A DNA stretch of 47,118 nt from Candidatus Limnocylindrales bacterium (lineage in GTDB: Bacteria > Chloroflexota > Limnocylindria > Limnocylindrales > CSP1-4): contig JBBJNS010000003.1 in assembly GCA_037720745.1 (NCBI GenBank), forward strand, positions 1 through 47,118. Direction: 5' to 3'. The position numbers and the translations under genes were made by a program. Of this stretch, positions 9,815-20,252 are shown piece after piece. The first letter of the stretch is position 1; each line of letters starts with the position of its first letter. The notes below the pieces were generated by a model, which did no database searches, had not been told where the DNA came from, and saw nothing but the letters and a program-made list of their open reading frames with translations.

Positions 9815-10951
9815 TCAGGGCAGATCCGCCCGAGACAGCGTGCGAATGGGCCGATGCGCCTCACGCTCCAGCGCCAGCTCCATGATGCGCTCGGCGACGG
9901 TCCCGAAGTCGTAGCCACCCGCCGCGCACAGTGCGGGGAAGAGGCTGATGGGCGTGAAGCCCGGGATGGTATTTATCTCCGAGAGATAGAGGTGTTCTCC
10001 CGCCAGCAGGAAGTCAACGCGCGCGAACCCCTCGGCGCCGATGGCTGCGAATGACTGGGCGGCCAGACTGCGGACACGCTCGCGGAGGCCAGCCGTCAGC
10101 TCAGGGCGATCGGTCGTCCGTGACACGCCCTGCTGGTACTTCGCCACGTAGTCGTAGAACTCGTGACCGGGGAAGACCTCGCCGGGCCCGAAGACCTCGA
10201 GGTGCTGCGGGTCATTGCCGACCACGCTGGCCTCCAGCTCCCGCGGGCCGGCCAGGCAGGCCTCGACCACCAGCGTGTCGTCATAGCGGAAGGCGTCGAC
10301 CAGCGCGTGCTCGAGCTCCGGCGGCTCGTCGGGCCGATGGACGATGGCCACGCCGACACTCGACCCGAGGCCAGCCGGCTTGACGATCAGCCTCTGCTCC
10401 GGGACGCTCGCGGCGAACGCTTCAAGGCGCGCGAGCACGCCCGCAGGGTCGCGCGCGAATCCGTCAGCGCGCACCTCCAGCCAGGGCACGATGGGCATGC
10501 CCAACGCGCCCACCAGCCGCTTGAAGAGCGCCTTGTCCATGCCCACTGCCGAAGCCGCCACGCCCGAGCCCGTGTAGGCCAGGCCGGCCGACTCGCAGAG
10601 CGCCTGGACCGCACCGTCCTCTCCGAACGGACCATGCAGGGCGATCCAGCAGACGGGCGGTCGAGGGCGCGCTCGCAACGCGTCCAGCGCCGTACCCGCA
10701 GAGAAGGGACCATCTGCGCCGAGTCGGCCGGGCGAGTCGTAGGCCGTGAACGGAAGAGCGGGGTCCATGGCCGTCGCTGGCAGCTTCCACCAGGCACCCG
10801 CCATGTCGAGCAACCAGCCCTCTACGCGGTGACCGCGCTCCGACAGCGCCCCGGCGATGGCTCGCCCCGATACGAGAGACACATCATGCTCGGCCGACGG
10901 CCCGCCCAGCAGGACCGCTACGTCACGCGCCGTCACGTCACGCGCCGTCAC
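9815..10951 (-). CDS. ddl: D-alanine--D-alanine ligase
   Basis: GGPSAEHDVSLVS, LHGPFGEDG, GSSVG, FYDYVAKY and EINTIPG motifs; GTGA overlap with the murB stop. Confidence 0.95.
   Translation of the reverse strand: MTARDVTARDVAVLLGGPSAEHDVSLVSGRAIAGALSERGHRVEGWLLDMAGAWWKLPATAMDPALPFTAYDSPGRLGADGPFSAGTALDALRARPRPPVCWIALHGPFGEDGAVQALCESAGLAYTGSGVAASAVGMDKALFKRLVGALGMPIVPWLEVRADGFARDPAGVLARLEAFAASVPEQRLIVKPAGLGSSVGVAIVHRPDEPPELEHALVDAFRYDDTLVVEACLAGPRELEASVVGNDPQHLEVFGPGEVFPGHEFYDYVAKYQQGVSRTTDRPELTAGLRERVRSLAAQSFAAIGAEGFARVDFLLAGEHLYLSEINTIPGFTPISLFPALCAAGGYDFGTVAERIMELALEREAHRPIRTLSRADLP
10921..10950. repeat. Perfect 15-bp tandem duplication at the ddl 5' end (encodes VTARD-VTARD)
   Basis: CGTCACGCGCCGTCA at 10921-10935 and 10936-10950. 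Confidence 0.9.
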
Positions 10952-11985
10952 GTGGCTGTCACGGCGGCGGGCGTCCACCCGCTCCAGTCGCCGGCGAAGA
11001 CGATCTCGAGGCGCAGCTCGATGCCGCGTTCGCGCAAGACGGTGGCCTGCACATGCTCGGCCAGTCGCCGTACGTCGGCGGCGCTGCCCTTCTGGTCATT
11101 GACGATGAAGTTGGCGTGCTTCTCGGAGACCGACGCGCCGCCCATGCGGTGTCCCTTGAGACCGAGCTCATCGATGAGCCGCCCGGCGGACAGCTCCGGC
11201 GAAGGATTGCGGAACACGCTGCCGGCCGAGGGGATGCCCAACGGCTGGTGCGTCTGGCGCCAGCGGCGGATGTCGTCGAGACGCTGCGTGATGAGGGCCG
11301 GCTCAGCCGGCGCGAGCCGGAAGATGGCCTGCGTCACGATGTCCGGGGCACCCTCGTGGGCATGCTTCAGGATGCTCTCGCGGTAGGCCAGGCCGAGGCC
11401 CGCCGGGTCGAGCCGCTCTTCCGCGCCACCCGAACGCAGCACGGACGCTTCCACCAGCACGGAGGCCACCTCCGACTCATGCGCGCCGGCGTTGGCCCAC
11501 ACGGCGCCGCCCACGGTACCCGGGATGGCCAGTCCGAACTCGAGGCCCGAGAGACCGGCCTCCTTGGTCAGCGTGGCCGCCTTGGCCATGGCCAGGCCGG
11601 AATCGGTGATGAAGCGGTCGCCCTCCAAGCGCGCCTGCTGGGCCCGATTCATTACCACCAGGCCACCGATGCCGGCGTCACTGATGACCAGGTCGGAGCC
11701 ACGACCCAAGATGAAGAGGGGCACGCCGCGCGCCCGCAGGAAGCGCGCGATGGCGCGCAGTTCGAATAGGTTGCGCACCTCGGCGAAGAGATCGGCCGGA
11801 CCGCCGACGCGCATCGTGGTGAAGCGGGCGAGCGGCTCCTGGCGAGACGTCTTGACGCCGATGCGTCGCTGGATGTCCGTGCCCAGGCGGAGTGCCTCGC
11901 TCTCGTCGAGGCGGCGAGGGACGGGGCCCGCATCAAGCGTCGCCGACGACACGGCACCCTCCCGCGCGTCCGAGGCGGCCGTCAC
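10948..11985 (-). CDS. murB: UDP-N-acetylenolpyruvoylglucosamine reductase
   Basis: TTMRVGGPAD, IPGTVGGAVWANAGA, SAGSVFRNP and SEKHANFIVN motifs. Confidence 0.95.
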   Translation of the reverse strand: MTAASDAREGAVSSATLDAGPVPRRLDESEALRLGTDIQRRIGVKTSRQEPLARFTTMRVGGPADLFAEVRNLFELRAIARFLRARGVPLFILGRGSDLVISDAGIGGLVVMNRAQQARLEGDRFITDSGLAMAKAATLTKEAGLSGLEFGLAIPGTVGGAVWANAGAHESEVASVLVEASVLRSGGAEERLDPAGLGLAYRESILKHAHEGAPDIVTQAIFRLAPAEPALITQRLDDIRRWRQTHQPLGIPSAGSVFRNPSPELSAGRLIDELGLKGHRMGGASVSEKHANFIVNDQKGSAADVRRLAEHVQATVLRERGIELRLEIVFAGDWSGWTPAAVTAT

Positions 11986-13124
11986 GCAGCGTCCCGTGAG
12001 ATGCGCTCGATATGGTCGGCTGGCGGCAGAGACCTACGTTCGGAGAGGCTCAACAGCAGCTCCGCGACAGCTCTTGCGGCGGCAGGACGAGCCTCTGCGC
12101 GGCAGGCGGCTGACATCCGCGCCAGGCGCTCCGGCTGGTCCAGGATGCTGCTTGCCTCGAGCAAGGCGGCAGTGTCGAAGTCCTCGTCAGCGATCACCAA
12201 CGCCCCCCCGGCATCCACCAGTCGCCGCGCGTTGGCCACCTGGTGCGCCGCCGCGTGGGGATATGGGACCACCACCAGCGGCAACCCCACGGCGGCTGCC
12301 TCGGCCAGCGTGGACGACCCGGCGCGACCGATCAAGAGATCGGCGGCCATCAGGGCATCGGCCATCTCGGCATGCAGCGAGGGATAGGGGCGGTAGCGCG
12401 CGCGCTGCTTCTCCGGCAGCTCCTCCCGACGTCGCAGCGCCTCCGCGTAGGCCGGCTCGCCGGTGATGTGCAGCACGGCGGCACGTGACAGCAGGTGGGG
12501 TAGGGCTCCTGCCACGGCCTCGTTCAGACGCCGCACCGCTTGTGAGCCCCCGAACACGAGCAGCAGCGGCATGGTGGCCGGCAGGTCCAGGCGCTCGCGT
12601 GCTGCCGTCCGCTCGATACCGGCCAGCGAGCGGATGGGCGTGCCGGTCACGAAGCACTTCCCGGGCAAGGCTTCGCAGCTGCCCTCGAAGGCCACCGCGA
12701 TGGCCGACGCGAGCCGTGCCGTGGCGCGGATGCTCTTGCCCGGCATGCGATCGCCCGCCCACACCAGGCTAGGGACGCCCGCCGCCCGCGCCGCGGCCAG
12801 CACGGGGATCGAGACATACCCGCCGGTCGTCAGGATGACTCGCGGCCGCCAGCGCGCAAGGAGCGCCATCGTCTGGGGCACGGAGGCACCAAGCCTGAGC
12901 GGGTCGGCCACGCTGTTCACCGAGAGCTCGACGCTGCGCAGTGAGCGCAACCACAGGCGGTCGAGCCGGTAGCCAGCGGCCGGCACGATGGTGGCTTCCA
13001 GCCCGCGATGGCCGCCCAGCCAGCGGACCTCAAGGTCGTCGACCCGCTCGGACAGGGAGCGCAGGACGGCCAGGGCGGGGTAGATGTGGCCGCCCGTACC
13101 TCCGGCCGCGATCAGGATCCGCAT
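11982..13124 (-). CDS. murG: Lipid II synthesis GlcNAc transferase MurG
   Basis: GGTGGHIYPALA, GGYVS, FGGSQA, RAGSSTLAE and HQVANA motifs. Confidence 0.95.
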   Translation of the reverse strand: MRILIAAGGTGGHIYPALAVLRSLSERVDDLEVRWLGGHRGLEATIVPAAGYRLDRLWLRSLRSVELSVNSVADPLRLGASVPQTMALLARWRPRVILTTGGYVSIPVLAAARAAGVPSLVWAGDRMPGKSIRATARLASAIAVAFEGSCEALPGKCFVTGTPIRSLAGIERTAARERLDLPATMPLLLVFGGSQAVRRLNEAVAGALPHLLSRAAVLHITGEPAYAEALRRREELPEKQRARYRPYPSLHAEMADALMAADLLIGRAGSSTLAEAAAVGLPLVVVPYPHAAAHQVANARRLVDAGGALVIADEDFDTAALLEASSILDQPERLARMSAACRAEARPAAARAVAELLLSLSERRSLPPADHIERISRDAA

Positions 13125-14391
13125 CGTTCCATGTGCCTCTGGTGATGGTCTCTCGCGAGATCGACAGGAGGATACCGACCGCCGCGAAACTCACCACCAG
13201 AGAGGAACCGCCGTCGCTTACGAAGGGCAGCGTGATGCCCGTGATGGGCAGCAGATTGAGGACGACGGCGATGTTGATGAGGCCCTGGAAGGCGAGCCAG
13301 GCGGTGACCCCGGTGGCAAGCAGGGCGCCGAAGGTATCGGGCGCAGCCAGGGCGATGCGCACCCCACGGTAGGCCAGGAGCAGGAAGAGCGCGATCACCC
13401 CGAGACCGCCCAGCAGTCCCAACTCCTGGCCGATGAGCGCGAAGATGAAGTCGTTGTGAGCGTTGGGCAGACTCAGCGCGCCGGGCTGCGCACTCTGACC
13501 CAGCCCCGTGCCGAGGAAGCCTCCCAGCGCCAGCGAAAGCAGCCCCTGCACGGTCTGGAACCCCGCGTTCAGCGGGTCCGCCCACGGATCGAGGAAGGTC
13601 GTCCAGCGGCGCATCTGGTAGTCGTGGAGGGACACGTAGGTCGCCACCCCCAGGACGGCCATGGGTATCAGCAGGGCCAGGTGCCAGAGGCGAGCGCCGG
13701 CCACGAACACGATGGTCAGCGCCGTCATGGCCAGCACACCGCTAGTGCCCAGGTCGGGCTCGAGGGCCACCAGCCCGATGCACAGTCCAGCGATGAGCAG
13801 GAACGGGAACAGGCCGTGGATCAGGCTACGGACCTGGCTGCCCTGCTTCGCCAGCCAGTGTGCCAGGTAGACCACCATGGCCAGCTTGGCGAACTCCGCC
13901 GGATGGATGGTCGGCAACGGCCCGATCTGCAGCCAGCGCGTGGAGCCGTACTTCGTCACCGGCTCGATGGGTCCCAAGGCCGGCAGGAGCACGAGGAGAA
14001 GCAGGACCAGCGTGAAGAGATAGAGCGGCACCGAGGCAAGTCGCAGATAGCGGTAGTCCACGCGCGCCAGGACGGCCATGCCCGCCAGTCCCGCCAGACC
14101 CCAGCCCAACTGCGTGGCGACCGCGCCGAAGGGGTCGCCACCGGTGCGCACGGCCGTGGCCACGCCCCCGCTGGAGTAGATCATCAGGAGACCGATGGCA
14201 GTCAGGGCAACGACCGAGACCAGCACCAGATAGTCGGGCTCGTGCCGCTCGCGCTGAGGACCACGCACGACACGCGTGGCGCCCGCCGGCCGTGCCTCGC
14301 GCCGCGAGGCCGCCGCCGCCCCCGGTACCACCGCCGCGCTTCCCGGCCGCTGGTGCACGACGAGGCGGCGCTTCGACCCCTGGGCGGTCAT
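13030..14391 (-). CDS. ftsW: SEDS peptidoglycan polymerase FtsW
   Basis: RW..GP..IHPAEFAK, EPDLGT, PNAHNDFIF..IGQELG and TGITLPFVSDGGSS motifs; the 3' end overlaps murG by 95 bp. Confidence 0.93.
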   Translation of the reverse strand: MTAQGSKRRLVVHQRPGSAAVVPGAAAASRREARPAGATRVVRGPQRERHEPDYLVLVSVVALTAIGLLMIYSSGGVATAVRTGGDPFGAVATQLGWGLAGLAGMAVLARVDYRYLRLASVPLYLFTLVLLLLVLLPALGPIEPVTKYGSTRWLQIGPLPTIHPAEFAKLAMVVYLAHWLAKQGSQVRSLIHGLFPFLLIAGLCIGLVALEPDLGTSGVLAMTALTIVFVAGARLWHLALLIPMAVLGVATYVSLHDYQMRRWTTFLDPWADPLNAGFQTVQGLLSLALGGFLGTGLGQSAQPGALSLPNAHNDFIFALIGQELGLLGGLGVIALFLLLAYRGVRIALAAPDTFGALLATGVTAWLAFQGLINIAVVLNLLPITGITLPFVSDGGSSLVVSFAAVGILLSISRETITRGTWNDADPDRGRRYGRPHLPRPGRPALPVRAGRRP

Positions 14392-15917
14392 GGGGTCCCT
14401 CGCCGTCGTGTCTCGGCCAGCTCCGCGATAGCGGCCTTGAAGGCCATCCCGCGGGCGGCGTAGTCCTCGAACATGTCGAAGCTGGTGGCCGCCGGGCTGA
14501 GCAGCACCGTGACCGGCACCGAACCATCATCGACCAGCAGCGACCGGGCGATGGCGTCAGCTGTCGAGACGGCCTCCGCAAGGTCGCCTGCAGCGGTCAG
14601 ATGACGAAGACCGGCCGACTCGAGCAGGGAGGCCAGCTCTGGGCCGCTCTCGCCCATCAAGACGGCCGCGTCGGCGCGCTCCGCGGCGACCGCCGCCAGT
14701 TCCTCCATGGGCAGCCCCTTGGAGCGGCCGCCCGCGATGAGCACGAGCGGGCGCGGGAAGCTGCGCAGAGCGGCGATGACCGCGTCCGGTTGGGTACCCT
14801 GGGAGTCATTGACCCAGCGCACGCCGTCGATGGTGCCCACCGACTCAAGGCGATGCTCCACGCCGGTGAAGGCACGCATGGCGGCACGCAGACCGCCGGC
14901 GGGGATGCCCAGCAGCACGCCCACCGCTGCCGCCGCCAGCGCGTTGCTGATGTTGTGCTGGCCGGGGATGGCCAGCTCCGCGACCGGCATCAGACGCCCC
15001 ACGGCCGGCCGTCCACGCAGTGCCGCCACATCTCGGGCCACGATCCAGCCATCACGCAGGCCGAGTTCGCCCGGGCCCGGCTCCGCGCGGCGATAGCGCA
15101 CCACGCTCGCTTCTGGGGGCGCAGCCGTGGCGTACTCGGCCGAGACGGGATCCTCCGCGTTGAGTACCAGCGCGCCGCTGCCGGACAGCAACTCGGCCAG
15201 GCGACGCTTTACGGCGCGATACGCCTCCAGCGATCCGTGTCGGTCGAGGTGGTCGCTGGTGACGTGGGTGTAGACCGCCACGTCGGTGCCACGGGAGAGC
15301 GTGGGCAGCTGCAGTTCGGAGAGCTCCACGACCACGCGATGAGTCGGGCCGAGCTCCGGCAGACGCTCCACTAGTGGCGTGCCGATATTGCCACCCAACA
15401 GCACCGCATCGGGTCCCTCGGCCAGGACCGCGGCGATCAACGAACTCGTGGTCGTCTTGCCCTTCGTCCCGGTGACACCAACGGTGAGGGCTGGGCAGAG
15501 GCGCAGGAAGAGGTCGATCTCGCTGATGACCGGCACGTGCCCTTCCGCCTCGAGCCGGCCCAGCGCCTCGCGTAGTCGCGCCTCGGTCGTCGGATAGCGG
15601 CTGCTGATCGAGGGCGAAGTGCAGATGAGGGACTGCCCGGTGAGAGCCTCACCGGGCTCGATCTCCGGTCCCAGGAGCAGCCGGACGGGCCGTCCCTCGA
15701 GGGCGGCCATGGCCTGACCCAGATCCCCCGCGCGCCGGGCATCGTAGGCCGTCACTCGCGCACCGCGGTCGACCAGGAAGCGGGCCAGTGCGATGCCGCT
15801 TCGGGCGAGACCCAGGACCGCCACCGGACGCCCGTCGAAGCCGTCCAGGTCCAACCGCGCCAGGTCGAGGGGCGCTACCGCGGCGCTGACCCTGCGGCCA
15901 TCCAGCGCAGCACTCAC
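14388..15917 (-). CDS. murD: UDP-MurNAc-L-Ala--D-glutamate ligase
   Basis: VLGLARSG, GVTGTKGKTTT, GGNIG, DHLDRH, EHRLE, NDSQGT and LLSPAATSFDMF motifs; GTGA overlap with the mraY stop. Confidence 0.94.
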   Translation of the reverse strand: MSAALDGRRVSAAVAPLDLARLDLDGFDGRPVAVLGLARSGIALARFLVDRGARVTAYDARRAGDLGQAMAALEGRPVRLLLGPEIEPGEALTGQSLICTSPSISSRYPTTEARLREALGRLEAEGHVPVISEIDLFLRLCPALTVGVTGTKGKTTTSSLIAAVLAEGPDAVLLGGNIGTPLVERLPELGPTHRVVVELSELQLPTLSRGTDVAVYTHVTSDHLDRHGSLEAYRAVKRRLAELLSGSGALVLNAEDPVSAEYATAAPPEASVVRYRRAEPGPGELGLRDGWIVARDVAALRGRPAVGRLMPVAELAIPGQHNISNALAAAAVGVLLGIPAGGLRAAMRAFTGVEHRLESVGTIDGVRWVNDSQGTQPDAVIAALRSFPRPLVLIAGGRSKGLPMEELAAVAAERADAAVLMGESGPELASLLESAGLRHLTAAGDLAEAVSTADAIARSLLVDDGSVPVTVLLSPAATSFDMFEDYAARGMAFKAAIAELAETRRRGTP

Positions 15918-16903
15918 GTGATCGGCCCGCGACCGGCCAGGAACACGACCACGCCCAACATCGCGGCCAAGACGCCCACGATCCAGAAGCGGAGGGTGAT
16001 CTTCTCTTCGTCCCAGCCGCTCAACTCGAAGTGGTGATGGAGCGGGCTCATGCGCAGGATCCGCCGGCCGGTCATCTTCACGCTGGCCACTTGCGCCAGC
16101 ACCGAACCGGTCTCTAGCACGAAGATCAGCCCGATCAACGGCAGCAGGAGGATCTGCCCCGTGATCAGACTCACCACGGCCAGCGTGGCGCCCAGCGAAA
16201 GCGATCCAGTGTCGCCCATGATGACCTGGGCCGGGTGGGCGTTGAACCACAGGAAGCCGAGCAGGGCGCCGATGATGAGTGCGCACAACACGGCCAGATT
16301 GGGCTGAGAGGGCGAGTTCACGGCGGCGATGATCATGAAGCCCACGAAGGCGAAGATGAGCGTGCCGCCGGCCAGGCCGTCCAGGCCATCGGTCAAGTTG
16401 ACGCCGTTGCTGGTGGCGATGATGGCGAAGGCGGCGAAGGCGACGTACACCACGGGGGCGATCTCGACCGGCCCCAGGAAGGGCACCAGCAGGACATCGA
16501 TGGCGTAGGTCTGCTGGATCTGGAACGCCACGTAGCCCGCCACGGCGGCCTGCCAAAGCAGCTTCTGACGGACGCGGATGCCGCCGCCCGTGCGCGCGTT
16601 GAGATAGTCGTCGGCGGCGCCCAGCGCGCCGACCAAGCCCAGCGTGGCCAGCGGCGCGATGGTCGAGCCGTCCAGGAAGTCTCCCGAGAGCAGCTCCAGG
16701 ATGAGCGCCGAACCGCCAACCACGATGAGCATGAGCAGCCCACCCATGGTCGGCGTGCCCTCCTTCACCAGGTGGCTCTGCGGCCCGTCCAGGCGGATGC
16801 GCTTGCCGAATCCCAGGCGGCGCAGGATGCGCAGGAAGGTGGGCATCAGGATGACCACCAGGGCGAAGGCCAGCAGGATGGCCTGGACGATCGACTCGTT
16901 CAT
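15914..16903 (-). CDS. mraY: Phospho-MurNAc-pentapeptide transferase
   Basis: KEGTPTMGG, NGVNLTDGLDGL, MGDTGSL and PLHHHFE motifs. Confidence 0.96.
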   Translation of the reverse strand: MNESIVQAILLAFALVVILMPTFLRILRRLGFGKRIRLDGPQSHLVKEGTPTMGGLLMLIVVGGSALILELLSGDFLDGSTIAPLATLGLVGALGAADDYLNARTGGGIRVRQKLLWQAAVAGYVAFQIQQTYAIDVLLVPFLGPVEIAPVVYVAFAAFAIIATSNGVNLTDGLDGLAGGTLIFAFVGFMIIAAVNSPSQPNLAVLCALIIGALLGFLWFNAHPAQVIMGDTGSLSLGATLAVVSLITGQILLLPLIGLIFVLETGSVLAQVASVKMTGRRILRMSPLHHHFELSGWDEEKITLRFWIVGVLAAMLGVVVFLAGRGPIT

Positions 16904-16916
16904 GACCGGCGCGGCC

Positions 16917-18383
16917 TCATGCCGTCGCCGCATCGCGACCGGCGGCCACGAGGCCGTCCACCAGCAGGTCCAGAGCCACGCCGCGGGATGCCTTGACCAA
17001 CACCGCGTCACCCGGTCGCAGATCCCGCAGAAGCAGGGCCAGTGCCTCGTCGCGACCAGCGACCTGGTCGATGGCGCCCCTGTCCATGCCTCCTTCCCGC
17101 GCACCGGTCGCGATAGCGGCCGCCCCCGCGCCTACCGTCACCAGCCGATCGGCGAAGGCGGCAGACCGTCGACCCACGATGCGGTGGGCCTCAGCCGAGT
17201 CCTCGCCCAGTTCCAGCATCTCACCCAGCACGGCGATGCGACGGCCACCCAGGGAGCCCAGCAACTCCAGGGCGGCCTCCATCGAGTCTGGCGCCGCGTT
17301 GTACGAGTCATCCAGGACGCGCCACTCGCCCACACGCATGTAGGCCGTCCGGTGCGGCGCGCGGAAACCGCCGGCCAGACCGCGGCAGATGTCTGGCAGT
17401 GCCATGCCCGCGGCGATGCCCACGGCGGCCGCCGCCAGTGCGTTGTGCACGCTGTGGCGACCCAGCGCGGTGGTGGTCACCGGCGCGGCGCCAGACGGCG
17501 TGCGCAGCGTGAAGCGCATACCCGCCTCTCCCAACGACTGGATCGCCTCGGCGCGGATGTCGGCCGCGGCATGGAAGCCATAGGACAGGACCGCCGCCCG
17601 GGACTGGCCGCGCATCGACATCACGCGCGCGTCGTCGGCATTGAGCACTGCCGTCCCGTCCTCGGGCAGCGACTCGACCAGTTGCGCCTTGCCCTGCTGG
17701 ATGGCGTCGAGTGAACCGGCCCGGCTCAGATGCGTGCCGCGTACGGCCGTCACCACCCCGATGCGCGGACGCGCGATGGCGGCCAGGAGCCCGATCTCCC
17801 CCGCCACGTACATGCCCATCTCCAGGACGGCCGCCTCGTGAGCGGGCAGGAGCCGCAGCACGGTCAGCGGCAGGCCGACCTCATTGTTCTCGTTGCCCTC
17901 GTTACGCAGCACGGTCCAGCGCTGGCCGAGCACCTCGGCGGTCTGCTCCTTGGTGGACGTCTTGGCCAGGGAACCGGTGATCCCCACGACCAGTGGAGCG
18001 AACCGTTCACGCCAGGCTCGGGCGCTAGCCTGCAGCGCGGCCAACGCGTCGGGGACCTGGATGACGGTCACCGGTGAAGCCGCTCGCAAGGCACTCAGCG
18101 TGGCAGGAGCAGGTGTCTCCCGGACGACGACGGCGGCGGCACCGGCTGCGACTGCCTGAGCCAGATAGCGCTGCCCATCAGTGCGCTCACCAGGCAGTGC
18201 GAAGAAGCAGACACCGGCCGTCACCCGTCGCGAGTCGACCGCCCCGCCACGGATGGGCAGCGTGCCGGGAACGATGAGGTCACCGCCTACGATGCGGGCC
18301 AGTTCCTGGCCGGACAGGTTGGGTTCGCCAGGGGTGGGCCTGAAGGTCGACGCGTCACTCACGATCGTGGCGCATTCTCGCAT
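16917..18383 (-). CDS. murF: UDP-MurNAc-tripeptide--D-Ala-D-Ala ligase
   Basis: DSR, GITGS.AKTSTKE, NNEVGLP, EMGM, DDSYNA, GEMLELG and LVKASRG motifs. Confidence 0.95.
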   Translation of the reverse strand: MRECATIVSDASTFRPTPGEPNLSGQELARIVGGDLIVPGTLPIRGGAVDSRRVTAGVCFFALPGERTDGQRYLAQAVAAGAAAVVVRETPAPATLSALRAASPVTVIQVPDALAALQASARAWRERFAPLVVGITGSLAKTSTKEQTAEVLGQRWTVLRNEGNENNEVGLPLTVLRLLPAHEAAVLEMGMYVAGEIGLLAAIARPRIGVVTAVRGTHLSRAGSLDAIQQGKAQLVESLPEDGTAVLNADDARVMSMRGQSRAAVLSYGFHAAADIRAEAIQSLGEAGMRFTLRTPSGAAPVTTTALGRHSVHNALAAAAVGIAAGMALPDICRGLAGGFRAPHRTAYMRVGEWRVLDDSYNAAPDSMEAALELLGSLGGRRIAVLGEMLELGEDSAEAHRIVGRRSAAFADRLVTVGAGAAAIATGAREGGMDRGAIDQVAGRDEALALLLRDLRPGDAVLVKASRGVALDLLVDGLVAAGRDAATA

Positions 18384-18420
18384 GATGGGCCCTAGCCACC
18401 GGTGTCAGCGCTCGCATCGG

Positions 18421-20244
18421 CTATCGGCTCCGTGGCCCTGGCAAGGGCTCCCTGATGACGGGCAGCGGCGGGACATCCAGGGAGTTCATGGCATCGATGG
18501 CCACCCGACGGAACAGCTCGTAGGAGGCGATGCTCAGGTGCAGGACGCCCGGTCGGGTGACGGCTGGCTTGGACTCCTCGATCCTGATGGCGATGATAGC
18601 CTCGGGCTGGGAGCCGCCGGCAAATCCCACGAACGAGAAGTTGAACAGATCCGGGTGCCAGCGATCTCGCTCGACGTCCCAGATCTGGGCCGTACCCGTC
18701 TTGCCACCCACCACATACCCGGGCATCTCGGTGCCCGTGCGATACCAGTCGACCTCGGTCAAAACGTGCTCCATGAGGTCCGTCAAGTGGCCAGCCAGGG
18801 CAGGCTCGATGATGCGCACCGGGGGCGGAAAGGCGACCGCCTCGTCGCCTGTGCTCTGCACGAGGTGCGGCGTCACGCGGTAGCCACCGTTGGCCATGGC
18901 CGCAGAGGCCACGGCCAGCTGGATCTGAGTGACCGCGACACCCTGCCCGAAGGCCCGGTTGGCGAGGTCGACCGGCTGCCACTCCGTGGTCGCGGGGTCG
19001 ACCACCATGCCCTGCTCCTCGCCGGCCAGGTCGAGCCCGGTGCGTTCGCCGAAGCCGAAGCGCTGCCACATGTCGAAGAGCACCTCCGAGGCGCCCTCCA
19101 CGGTGCCATCAAGTCCCATGGCCACGCGAGCCGTGGCCACGTTGCGCGAGTAGGCGATGACATCCTCGAAGGGGATCCGCCCCATCGAGCGGCCATCCGC
19201 GTTCCGCACGAGGTGTCCGCCGAAGCGGAGGGCATAGGCGTCGCGTACCTTCTCGTCCGGCGTGACGGTGCCATTCTCCAGGGCTGCAGCCGCGGTCAGC
19301 ATCTTCATCACCGAGCCGGGTTCGTAGACGGCCGACGCGAGGGGATCGGAGAGCAGGTGCGAGGAGGACGCGGCCACTTGCTTGTAGTCGTTCGCGTCGT
19401 AGCCGGGCACCGAGGCCCAGGCCAGGACGGCGCCCGTCTCCGGTTCCAGGATGACGGCGCTCACGCGCTTGGCGCGATCGGCTACCCAGGCCGCATACAG
19501 CTCCTTCTCCAGCTGGAGCTGGAGGCTCGCATCGATGGTCAGGCGGACGTCGGCACCGTCCTGTCCCTCCTCGACCACTTCGGCGCTGCCGGCCAGGACG
19601 CGTCCCGCTGGATCGCTCAGGGAAGCCAGCCTGGTGGGCACGCCCGCCAGCGCCGCGTCGTAGTAGCTCTCGATCCCATAGTGGCCCTGCCCGTCCTCGG
19701 CCACGAACCCGACCAGCTGACTGGCCAGCGTGGTGCCCGGCATGCCGCCCGGGTTGGGATACACGCGGACGGGCCTCGGCTCCAGCGCCAGACCCGCCAG
19801 TCGGCTCGCGGCATCAGGACCGCTCATGCCAGCCCGAACGGCTTCGCTCTGCTCAGGGCTGAGTTCGCGCGAGATGATCGTGTACTGGTCGCCGCTGGCG
19901 AGCCGTGCACGAAGCGCGGCCGCGTCAGTCTCGTCCAGTCCCAGGATCTCGACCAGGCCGCCGACGGTCGGTTCCAGCCGGTCTGCGCTGATGTTGGCGG
20001 GGTAGGCCGCCAACAGGTCGCGGTAGGCGGTCGTGGCCAGGACGGTGCCATGCCGATCCAGGATGGCGCCGCGCACCGGCGAACGTTCGCTCGCCCGGTG
20101 CATCTGCGCCATGGCCAGGTCGCGCAGTCCAGGGGCCTCAGCCAGCTGCAGGTAGGCCAACCGCACGACGGCCGCTCCGGAAATCGCCACGAACACGAAC
20201 AGAACGACGATCAGTCGAAGGCGGAGGTCGGTGCGGCCCAGCAT
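18421..20244 (-). CDS. ftsI: Class B penicillin-binding protein (FtsI/PBP2b-like transpeptidase)
   Basis: N-terminal TM, RGAILDR, YEPGSVMK (SxxK), YSRN (SxN) and GKTGT motifs. Confidence 0.92.
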   Translation of the reverse strand: MLGRTDLRLRLIVVLFVFVAISGAAVVRLAYLQLAEAPGLRDLAMAQMHRASERSPVRGAILDRHGTVLATTAYRDLLAAYPANISADRLEPTVGGLVEILGLDETDAAALRARLASGDQYTIISRELSPEQSEAVRAGMSGPDAASRLAGLALEPRPVRVYPNPGGMPGTTLASQLVGFVAEDGQGHYGIESYYDAALAGVPTRLASLSDPAGRVLAGSAEVVEEGQDGADVRLTIDASLQLQLEKELYAAWVADRAKRVSAVILEPETGAVLAWASVPGYDANDYKQVAASSSHLLSDPLASAVYEPGSVMKMLTAAAALENGTVTPDEKVRDAYALRFGGHLVRNADGRSMGRIPFEDVIAYSRNVATARVAMGLDGTVEGASEVLFDMWQRFGFGERTGLDLAGEEQGMVVDPATTEWQPVDLANRAFGQGVAVTQIQLAVASAAMANGGYRVTPHLVQSTGDEAVAFPPPVRIIEPALAGHLTDLMEHVLTEVDWYRTGTEMPGYVVGGKTGTAQIWDVERDRWHPDLFNFSFVGFAGGSQPEAIIAIRIEESKPAVTRPGVLHLSIASYELFRRVAIDAMNSLDVPPLPVIREPLPGPRSR

Positions 20245-20252
20245 GATGCGCG

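Noticed and set aside
9815-10951. Vancomycin-resistance D-Ala-D-Lac ligase
   Set aside because: The omega loop FYDYVAKY has the Tyr of D-Ala-D-Ala ligases, the gene is in the dcw cluster, and no van genes are present.
15918-16556. 722-aa MurD with a long N-terminal extension
   Set aside because: It overlaps mraY out of frame; the GTGA-coupled start at 15917 is more plausible.
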